Shown piece by piece: positions 1 through 7,839 of a stretch of 46,315 nt of DNA. A program made the position numbers and the translations under genes. The notes under the pieces were generated by a model. That model was not told the origin of the DNA. It saw only the letters and a program-made list of their open reading frames with translations, and ran no database searches. The stretch is from a virus (taxonomy: Duplodnaviria > Caudoviricetes), in IMG/VR virus record IMGVR_UViG_3300033485_000030, positions 1 to 46,315 of that record; one strand, given 5' to 3'. Every line of letters starts with the position of its first letter. The first letter of the stretch is position 1.

Positions 1-7
1 TAGAGAA

Positions 8-2503
8 TTGAGAAGTCAAATTACTATTGAAAGAAATAAAACATATGCGGCACGTCAGGCTATGGCATATCGATTAAAAGAAAAAGGTTATTCAAATTCT
101 GCTATTGCCAAAAGGATGGGAATAAACGATCACACTGTAGCTGATCTTTTAGAACCATCTAGAAAATATAAACAAGATGTTGCGAAGACAATAGCGGACA
201 ATCTTGAAAAGGAAGTAAATGAAAATCGATATTTAGATGTTGGGTCTGGAGTTGAAACTTGGTTAGGAGTAAGCGGAACAAAGAAAACGGTTGCTCTTGA
301 GTTATTGAAAGAACGAGGTTATAATGTTCATGTTATTCCACAAGAGCAGCAAGGAACTGGAAAATATACATGGATGAAGGTTCTTGTTCCTCCAGGCGTT
401 AGTAAGGAAATGGTTTCGAGAAATCGTGAAAAAATAAAGACTATAGGTGCTCGTAGTGATGATGGAGGAGAAACTTTTAATCCTCAAGGGCCTCCTATAT
501 TTCTCGATGGAAAAAGAGTTTTCGTTCAATACGGATCTTCAAAAGATGGTGTAATTGAAATTCGTAGGAATGTTCAAGATCTTTCTTTAGGAAATAAAAG
601 ATATGCTCAAGTGCGTATTGGTGTAGATGGCACTCACTATATGAAGGGGATGGCGATGTATAGTGATGATATTCCTGAAGGATATGATATTATTTATAAC
701 ACAAATAAAAAACTGGAAGAGGCTAGTAAAGTTTTTAAAGCATTAGAAACAAAAGATCCAGATTACCCATTTGGGGCCGTTACAAGAGAAAAATTTTATG
801 ACAACAATACAAAAAAATCACCAATTAATATAGTAGGAGGAAAAGAAGGAGCTGGTGAAGAAGGTGCATGGGATGAATGGTCAAAAAATATTTCTTCTCA
901 AGTTCTTTCTAAGCAATCTCCAGCATTAGCAAAAAAACAATTAGGATTGGCATATAATCTAAAAAAAGACGAATATGATGAAATAATGTCATTAACTAAT
1001 CCGGCAGTAAAGCAAGCTCTTCTTGGTCCTTTTGCTGATTCTTGCGATGCTGCAGCAGTTCATTTAAAAGCAGCGGCTCTTCCTAGACAATCTTCAAAAG
1101 TAATTTTGCCTATTACTTCTTTAAAAGAAAATGAGGTTTATGCTCCAGGTTATTTAACAGGAGATCGATTAGCTCTTATCCGCCATCCTCATGGTGGATT
1201 ATTTGAAATACCAGAAGTAATAGTAAATAATAGAAATTTAACAGGAAAAAGACTTTTGGGAAATGCAAAAGATGTTATAGCAATGAATCCAAAAGTTGCA
1301 GCAAAATTATCAGGTGCTGACTTTGATGGGGACACGGTTATAGCTATTCCTAATAAAGCTGGTTATATTCAAACTAAACCATCTTTAAAAGCTTTAACAG
1401 ATTTTGATCATAAAGCTTCGTATCCATATTATGAAGGTATGAAAGTTATGGATAAACGTACAAAAGCTATAAAGATGGGTGATATTAGTAATCTTATCAC
1501 TGACATGACAATAAAGGGAGCTAGTCAAGATGAAATAGCTAGAGCTGTCCGCCATTCAATGGTGGTAATTGATGCTGAAAAACATAAATTAAATTATGTA
1601 CAATCGTATTATGATAATAATATAGCCCAATTAAAAAAGAGATATCAAGGGAAGTCAACAGCTGGAGCTTCAACTCTTATATCTAGGGCTGGTGCTGAGA
1701 AAAGAGTAAATGAGAGGGTAGAAATAAGACCTAAAAAAGATGATCTAAATTATAAAGGAGAGAAACTTTATAAGGAGACCGGTCGAACATATTTTAAAAC
1801 TGATTATATAAAAGATCCTAAAACTGGAAAGAAAATCTATTTACAAGGACAGGGAAGGATTGTAAAAAAACAAACAAAAAGTACAAGGATGGCTGAAGAA
1901 TCTGATGCTTTTAAATTATCATCTGGTACTCGTATTGAAGAGATATATGCTAAGCATGCTAATGGATTAAAAGAATTAGCAAGAAAAGCACGAATTTCTT
2001 TAGTTCGTACAGAGAATATTAAATACTCTCGCTCAGCTAGAGAAACATATGCACCTGAAGTAAAATCTCTTTTAGGAAAATTAAAAGTTGCTATGAGGAA
2101 TAAACCACTAGAGAGACAGGCCCAGTTAGTGGCCTCTAGGATAGTCCGTGCTAAGAGAAGGGCTAATCCCGATATGGAAGAAGATGATTTTAAAAGAATT
2201 AGAGGACAAGCTTTAGTTAATGCTAGACTAAGAGTAGGGGCTAAGAAAGAAAAGATAACCATTACTGATAGAGAATGGGAGGCTATTCAAGCTGGCGCAA
2301 TTAGTCATAATACTCTAAGAAACATCCTTAGTAATGCAGATTTAAAAGTATTAAAGCAAAGAGCTACTCCTAGACTTTCTACTCCTTTATCTCCTGCTAG
2401 AACTTCTCGAGCTAGAGCAATGATAAACGAAGGTCATACTTATGCAGAAGTAGCCGATGCCTTAGGTGTTTCTATTGATACAGTAGCAGAAGCTATTGAT
2501 TAA
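8..2503 (+). CDS. Putative single-subunit two-barrel RNA polymerase (YonO/eukaryotic RdRP-like) with N- and C-terminal HTH domains; probably 5'-truncated by the window edge
   Basis: GADFDGD metal-binding motif (nt 1313-1333), upstream RHP motif, and YAQVRIG...MKG resembling the QxR..G..KG motif of RdRP-like barrels. HTH-like segments GYSNSAIAKRMGINDHTVADLL and GHTYAEVADALGVSIDTV. The frame is open to the window start. Confidence 0.75.
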   Translation: MRSQITIERNKTYAARQAMAYRLKEKGYSNSAIAKRMGINDHTVADLLEPSRKYKQDVAKTIADNLEKEVNENRYLDVGSGVETWLGVSGTKKTVALELLKERGYNVHVIPQEQQGTGKYTWMKVLVPPGVSKEMVSRNREKIKTIGARSDDGGETFNPQGPPIFLDGKRVFVQYGSSKDGVIEIRRNVQDLSLGNKRYAQVRIGVDGTHYMKGMAMYSDDIPEGYDIIYNTNKKLEEASKVFKALETKDPDYPFGAVTREKFYDNNTKKSPINIVGGKEGAGEEGAWDEWSKNISSQVLSKQSPALAKKQLGLAYNLKKDEYDEIMSLTNPAVKQALLGPFADSCDAAAVHLKAAALPRQSSKVILPITSLKENEVYAPGYLTGDRLALIRHPHGGLFEIPEVIVNNRNLTGKRLLGNAKDVIAMNPKVAAKLSGADFDGDTVIAIPNKAGYIQTKPSLKALTDFDHKASYPYYEGMKVMDKRTKAIKMGDISNLITDMTIKGASQDEIARAVRHSMVVIDAEKHKLNYVQSYYDNNIAQLKKRYQGKSTAGASTLISRAGAEKRVNERVEIRPKKDDLNYKGEKLYKETGRTYFKTDYIKDPKTGKKIYLQGQGRIVKKQTKSTRMAEESDAFKLSSGTRIEEIYAKHANGLKELARKARISLVRTENIKYSRSARETYAPEVKSLLGKLKVAMRNKPLERQAQLVASRIVRAKRRANPDMEEDDFKRIRGQALVNARLRVGAKKEKITITDREWEAIQAGAISHNTLRNILSNADLKVLKQRATPRLSTPLSPARTSRARAMINEGHTYAEVADALGVSIDTVAEAID

Positions 2504-2516
2504 GAAAGAGTATTAT

Positions 2517-2783
2517 ATGAATACTGACACGATGTTAACAACAATTGATAATCCTTTTAATCCTTTCACTCAGTTTGATGAATGGTATGCATATGATACT
2601 GAGAAAGGCTACCATACTTGTAATTATTTGTCGCGTGTTGCTAAAGTTTCTGATGATTTAAGTGATGATGAAGAAGCTTCTGAGATTTCCCGGGCAATAG
2701 ATGAGATTGTTCACTTTAATATCAATGGTATGTATATTAAAGTAACCCCCGAGAATTTTGAAACCAGACCTAAGAAAAAATAA
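2517..2783 (+). CDS. Small acidic hypothetical phage protein (MLTTIDNPFNPFTQFDEW)
   Basis: Directly follows the polymerase-like gene; ATG at 2517 or 2532; protein-like composition. Confidence 0.75.
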   Translation: MNTDTMLTTIDNPFNPFTQFDEWYAYDTEKGYHTCNYLSRVAKVSDDLSDDEEASEISRAIDEIVHFNINGMYIKVTPENFETRPKKK

Positions 2784-2800
2784 TACAGGATAATGATGCC

Positions 2801-2876
2801 AGGAGGGGGGGTCTCGTAAAAAATACCCCCCTTCTGCATCGCGTGGCTCTCAAAAAATTCCCCGGGGGTAAAATTG
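2801..2876. other. GC-rich non-coding island, candidate cos/packaging-site region
   Basis: Inverted repeat GGAGGGGGGGT(2802-2812)/ACCCCCCTTCT(2825-2835), then CGCGTGGCT (2840-2848), then AAAAATTCCCCGGGGGTAAAATT. Lies between the polymerase block and the first virion gene. Confidence 0.45.
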
Positions 2877-2891
2877 AGGTTATCTTTCTGG

Positions 2892-3035
2892 AAAGTGTTT
2901 CTAAAAGAAGCGTTGAGTGTTGTGATTCGATCCTCCTTTTATTGGCACCTGACCGCCGTTTATCGAGCTGCCCACTCATTTTCCCTCCTTTTATTAGAAT
3001 CATATACTATTCAACGCTTTCTTTAGAATCATTTT
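2892..3035 (+). ncRNA. Candidate long-hairpin RNA A with two anti-Shine-Dalgarno motifs in the loop
   Basis: About 35 bp stem 2892-2928/2997-3035 with 4 G-U pairs on the + strand; loop has CCTCCTTTTATT twice (2932-2943, 2984-2995). Confidence 0.6.
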
Positions 3036-3055
3036 ATTGAAAAGAGGTGATTTTT

Positions 3056-5974
3056 ATGTCTGTCAAAGATTCAGACACTTTGAAAAGTTATTTTGCTTTA
3101 AGTAAAGTTCCGACTCCTTCTCAGTATATAGATTTAATCGATACAATCTTTGATCAAGGAAGTGGTTCTGGAGGAGATCATGATCACGATAATAAGTATG
3201 TGAAACTTCTTGAATCAGATAATATTATAGCTAGACATATATTTGCTCCTTCATCTCCACTTTCTCCTTTTATTCTTTCTGACAATGCTCAAGGTAAATT
3301 AGTAATAGGACTCAAAGCTGATCAGTTAAACAAATCTGTATTCGCAGGCAATGGTCTTACTGGTGGTGGAATTTTAACAAGTAGTATTACTTTAGATGTT
3401 AGTGCTGGAGATGGTCTTAGTGTTGGAGTAGATTCAATTTCTTTGCAAACTCCAGGAACTTTATCTTATAATTCAACAAATAATCCAGTATCAAATCACA
3501 CCCATTCAATTACTAATAGTTCAAATCCTGGTGCTTCAGAGAGTATATTATCAACCAATTCTTCTGGTCATTTAAGTTTAATTAAATTGAATACCGATGT
3601 GATTGGTGATAGAAGCGGATCAAATATTGAAATTAATCCTACTGGAGATATTACTCTTAATCCTGGTGGTAACGATATTTTACCTTTAATGAATTATGAT
3701 CTTAATCTAGGTTCTATAAATAAAAAGTTTTTAACTTTACATGCTGCTGAATTGTGGGTTGAAACATTGGTTGCTCAAAATACAATTGCGACTATTGGAG
3801 GACGTATCCTTATTGGTCCAACAACCGTTTTAACTAATGATCTTGGAACGAGTCAAACAAATTTAGTTTTAAATTCTGGTTTTGAAACGTCTGGTAGTGG
3901 TGGTTCTGATGTATTTTCTGATTGGACTGAAAGTGCTCCATCAGGATCCATTGTAAAAGATACTACTATTTATTATGAAGGTTCAGCTTCTTGTAAAATT
4001 GTAGCTGGTGTAACTCTTGATACATGTGTTTATCAAGATTTTTCTTTAACAGCTGGTTATTCTTATAGTCTTAGATTTTGGACAAGAAGTGATGGTGGTG
4101 GTTATGATTTACGATATGGAGTTTATGATATAACACATTCTTCTTGGATAATTTCTTTAACAGGAACTGGTAACAAAGCTACTTCTTGGGAAAGATTTAT
4201 TACTTATTTTTTAGTTCCTTCAGGTTGTACTTCTGTTAGATTGTATTTATATTGTACAGAAACTTCTGGATATTATGGAAACTTTGATGCTGTTTTAATT
4301 TCTAGAGATACAATTATTGTTAAGCATAATGAAATGAATATTTCTGATGTAGCATATATGGAAGCAGATGGAAAAGTTGAGTTTTTGTTAGTAACCTCGA
4401 CAGCATCTGAAGTATCTAATGGTTATCAATACTCGGTAGTAAGAGATTATGATGGATCAGGTTTAACAGCATGGTATGCTGGAGATGCAGTATTTAATAC
4501 TGGAACAACTGATCAAGGTTTTATAGATCTTTATTCTATAAGAGGCGTTAAACTTCCAACTCAATATGGTCCAACCATTGTTGGTAATGTTAGATCATCT
4601 TTAACATATAATGATTGGATTGAACATTGGGCTATTGGAAATTTAAATGGTCTTTATGGATATGGTGTAGATACCTATGGAACCGCTTTTGGAAAGTATG
4701 CAAATTCTAAATCCTTTTTAACCATTGATGCAACAAATGGTATAAGAATGCGATATAGAGATGGATCTGGAGTTTTAACAACGAGAGCTCAATGGGATCT
4801 TAGTGGTAATGTTTTGATAGGCCAAGTTGGTAGTTCCCTTTCCAATATATATATTAGTTCTGGTCAAATTCAGTTACGTAACAATACCACGGTTAATATT
4901 CAATTAGATACAAGTGGTAATGCAACTTTTGGTAATGTTGCCACTAATCAGGGAAACATGTATTGGAACGTTTCAAATAAAAGAGTTGAATTTCGTGGTG
5001 GAACAGATGGAACCGTTGTGCAAGCTTATGTTGATACGACAGGAGCCATTAGCGCTGGTTCTGGAGTTGTTCTACTAAATTCAGATGGATTAAGTATTAC
5101 TTTTGGAAATGGCGATGTTAATGAGATAAAATTTAAATCTGGTTCAACCAAGGTAGGCTATATTCAATTTGCCGGTACATCTTCTGATACATCAGCAATA
5201 ATTAGAGGTGGTGTAAATAGTCAGAATGGTTATGTTCGCCTTGAAGCAGCAGATGCAGCATATTTTCTTATAGATAGTAATTCTAGTGCTGTTTTAGATA
5301 GTTATAGTAATTTTAATATTCAACTTCCAGGTGATAGTAATTATGTTAATATACTTGGTGGATCTTATAGTACTTATTTATATGCGTCTGGAAGAGTGGA
5401 CGTCGGAGAGGATTGTAGAATTAATGGGGGTTTATATGTTGGGGGACTTGGTGTAGATCCTGGAGTTGGAATTATACGATGTGTTTATGATCTAATAGCT
5501 GACGGAGGTATCATTGCTGGAAGAAATGCTGATCCTGGTGATGGAAATATTCAATTTACTGGAAGTCTTGGTTCCTATAAAAATTCAACCGTTTATACCG
5601 GTTATATATTTATTCCTTTATCAACACCATTAACTTCTACATCTTGGGATGGAGATGCTAGAAGTACAACGTCAAAAACATTAATTGACTTATCTTCAGT
5701 TTTTGGAGCACCAGCTGGAATTAAAGCGGTATTGTGTCAGATACAGTTACGAGATTCTGGTAGCGCAGCAAATGATTGCTATTTAATATTAGCTGCTCAT
5801 AATACTGCAGGTCAAGGAAGTATTGTAAGATGTACTGGCATTGCTAATGATTCTTCTCATAACGAGATGGTTATTACTGCTTGCGATGCAAATGGAGATA
5901 TATATTACCAGTGTCAAGCTAGTGGTTCATCAACATTAGATATATGGCTTCAAATTTATGGTTATTGGATATAA
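3056..5974 (+). CDS. Tail fibre / receptor-binding protein with an internal carbohydrate-binding-like domain
   Basis: About 970 aa, Gly/Ser/Thr rich, HDHD and HTH metal-knot-like motifs, NLVLNSGFE...W...EG CBM-like segment, globular C-terminal tip. Confidence 0.7.
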   Translation: MSVKDSDTLKSYFALSKVPTPSQYIDLIDTIFDQGSGSGGDHDHDNKYVKLLESDNIIARHIFAPSSPLSPFILSDNAQGKLVIGLKADQLNKSVFAGNGLTGGGILTSSITLDVSAGDGLSVGVDSISLQTPGTLSYNSTNNPVSNHTHSITNSSNPGASESILSTNSSGHLSLIKLNTDVIGDRSGSNIEINPTGDITLNPGGNDILPLMNYDLNLGSINKKFLTLHAAELWVETLVAQNTIATIGGRILIGPTTVLTNDLGTSQTNLVLNSGFETSGSGGSDVFSDWTESAPSGSIVKDTTIYYEGSASCKIVAGVTLDTCVYQDFSLTAGYSYSLRFWTRSDGGGYDLRYGVYDITHSSWIISLTGTGNKATSWERFITYFLVPSGCTSVRLYLYCTETSGYYGNFDAVLISRDTIIVKHNEMNISDVAYMEADGKVEFLLVTSTASEVSNGYQYSVVRDYDGSGLTAWYAGDAVFNTGTTDQGFIDLYSIRGVKLPTQYGPTIVGNVRSSLTYNDWIEHWAIGNLNGLYGYGVDTYGTAFGKYANSKSFLTIDATNGIRMRYRDGSGVLTTRAQWDLSGNVLIGQVGSSLSNIYISSGQIQLRNNTTVNIQLDTSGNATFGNVATNQGNMYWNVSNKRVEFRGGTDGTVVQAYVDTTGAISAGSGVVLLNSDGLSITFGNGDVNEIKFKSGSTKVGYIQFAGTSSDTSAIIRGGVNSQNGYVRLEAADAAYFLIDSNSSAVLDSYSNFNIQLPGDSNYVNILGGSYSTYLYASGRVDVGEDCRINGGLYVGGLGVDPGVGIIRCVYDLIADGGIIAGRNADPGDGNIQFTGSLGSYKNSTVYTGYIFIPLSTPLTSTSWDGDARSTTSKTLIDLSSVFGAPAGIKAVLCQIQLRDSGSAANDCYLILAAHNTAGQGSIVRCTGIANDSSHNEMVITACDANGDIYYQCQASGSSTLDIWLQIYGYWI

Positions 5975-5983
5975 AGGAGAATA

Positions 5984-6241
5984 ATGACCAAAACTATTAT
6001 CTTAACAGATGTTATCGTTGATTATATTCACGTTGATTATGAGAATCAACGAGTATTAGTTGGTTATAGACTTATTGATGATTACGGAACTAAATGGGAA
6101 GGTGGTGAGGCAATATTTTGGGTAACAATGCCTTCTGAGCCTAACGAAAAAGATTTTCAACTCCCAACAAGTTATATTCCAAACCTTTTAAATCTTCAAA
6201 CAGATGCAGATGCAGCAATAACTGGAAGATTTTTGATTTAA
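5984..6241 (+). CDS. Hypothetical protein, probably fibre-associated
   Basis: AAAGGAG RBS; follows the fibre gene. Confidence 0.7.
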   Translation: MTKTIILTDVIVDYIHVDYENQRVLVGYRLIDDYGTKWEGGEAIFWVTMPSEPNEKDFQLPTSYIPNLLNLQTDADAAITGRFLI

Positions 6242-6252
6242 AAAGGAGAACT

Positions 6253-6624
6253 ATGAAAATTATTGATTTAGTACGAGCTCAACAAAGTATAGAAACAATT
6301 ATGACTCGTAAGATGCCTGGAAAACTAGCTTATGCTTTTTCTAAGAATTTTCGTCTTATTAATCTTGAATTAGAATATTATAATGAAGCTAGAATAAAAC
6401 TTTTGAGTGATAATTGGCCATTTGATGGAAAAACTCAATCTTATAGTATTCCTGAAGAAGATAAAGAAAAATGGAAACAAATTCATGATGAATTATTAAA
6501 TAGCGAATCAAGTTATAAACCATATACTTTAGATGCTAATCTTGTGAATGATATCGAATTAACTCCTGGTGAGTTATTTGATCTTTGGTTTCTTTTTGAA
6601 GAATTTCCATCTGTCAATGGATAA
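6253..6624 (+). CDS. Hypothetical helical protein, possible tail-fibre chaperone
   Basis: AAAAGGAG RBS; KLAYAFSKN...ELEYYNEAR pattern typical of small proteins that follow phage fibres. Confidence 0.6.
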   Translation: MKIIDLVRAQQSIETIMTRKMPGKLAYAFSKNFRLINLELEYYNEARIKLLSDNWPFDGKTQSYSIPEEDKEKWKQIHDELLNSESSYKPYTLDANLVNDIELTPGELFDLWFLFEEFPSVNG

Positions 6625-6629
6625 ATATT

Positions 6630-7661
6630 ATGATAAGTAAATCCCCAGAAGAAACACGAATTCAAAAATTAGAAAAAGATTTACGAAAATATAAGGCTCT
6701 TGCTAGTAAAAATCTCACCTTAGTAAAATTATATGAGAAAGAATTAAGCATTACAGATAAGATCGTTACCGTGGTACGTGAAAGCATGGATATTTTACCA
6801 GAAATAGAAATGCCAGTTTTATATGTATCACCAGAACATCATCATGAAGAATCAGCTTTATTACTTTTGTCTGATATTCATATAGGAAAGAAAACAAAAT
6901 CATATAATCCAAAAGTTTTTGTTCATCGATTGAACAAACTTAAAAATGCGATGATGAGTATTGTTACTGCACAACGAGGCATTCGTCCTATTAGGAAATT
7001 ATATATAGTAATGAATGGGGATATTGTCGATGCCGAGGCTGTTTATCCAAGTCAATCTGTGGATCATATTGCTATACCAGTTATAGATCAAATATTTACT
7101 ATTGGTGTTCCTGAGTTAACTTCATTTTTATTATATTGTTTGGCAAACTTCGAAGAAGTAGAATGTATTTGCACTCGAGGTAATCATGGTCAGCAAAATG
7201 CAGCAAAATGGAGTTCTTCTAAATCAACCAATTGGGATTTTGTTTTATATAAAGCTTTAGAAGGAATGACTACTAATCAATCCAGAATAAAGTGGAATAT
7301 CAATACTAAGGATTGGAAATCTATTTTCAAAATTTATAATTATGGTTTTCTTGCAACACATGGGAACATGATTAAAAGGTTTTATAATTCTCCATTTTAT
7401 GGTATGACTAGACAAGCTGAACGATGGTCTAATGCTTACAGAGATAGAATAAGATTAGATTATATTCTTTATAGTCATTTTCACACATTAGATGCTGGAA
7501 TGAGACATAATAATCTTCAAATTTTTGTTAATGGAAGTTTTACAACTGACGATCCTTATGCAGAAGAAAATATAGGTGTAGCAAGTACACCAGAACAACT
7601 CTTATTAGGGATCCATCCTAAGTATGGAGTTTCTTGGAGATATCCACTGAAATTAAGTTAG
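6630..7661 (+). CDS. Calcineurin-like metallophosphoesterase
   Basis: Ordered motifs SDIHIG, NGDIVD, GNHG, THG, SHFH; N-terminal coiled coil. Confidence 0.85.
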   Translation: MISKSPEETRIQKLEKDLRKYKALASKNLTLVKLYEKELSITDKIVTVVRESMDILPEIEMPVLYVSPEHHHEESALLLLSDIHIGKKTKSYNPKVFVHRLNKLKNAMMSIVTAQRGIRPIRKLYIVMNGDIVDAEAVYPSQSVDHIAIPVIDQIFTIGVPELTSFLLYCLANFEEVECICTRGNHGQQNAAKWSSSKSTNWDFVLYKALEGMTTNQSRIKWNINTKDWKSIFKIYNYGFLATHGNMIKRFYNSPFYGMTRQAERWSNAYRDRIRLDYILYSHFHTLDAGMRHNNLQIFVNGSFTTDDPYAEENIGVASTPEQLLLGIHPKYGVSWRYPLKLS

Positions 7662-7665
7662 TAGT

Positions 7666-7809
7666 TAGTTTCCAAGTGCTTTCAGAAGGGATATCGATTA
7701 AGTCTGCCAAAAAAATTTGACGGTAGTCGTTTTTCTCCTTTCAAGAGACCCTCTCATTATAGGTTAATACAGACTACACGATATCTCTTCTAAAAGTGCT
7801 TGGAAACTA
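7666..7809 (+). ncRNA. Candidate long-hairpin antisense RNA B; loop complementary to early-gene ribosome-binding leaders
   Basis: Arms 7666-7696/7779-7809 pair at 30 of 31 positions (3 G-U); inner stem AGTCTG/CAGACT; loop 7727-7747 is the exact reverse complement of 40750-40770. Confidence 0.7.
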
Positions 7810-7839
7810 TATTAAAAGTACTTAAAAAAAGGAGTTAAA

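Noticed and set aside
2770-3003. Minus-strand ORF with an apparently perfect RBS (AAAGGAGGGAAAATG)
   Set aside because: It would be the only minus-strand gene, crosses the candidate cos island and looks non-protein-like. It is better explained as the anti-SD loop of hairpin A, though not formally excluded.
2843-3040. 65-aa + strand ORF
   Set aside because: No RBS; coincides with the motif and hairpin A
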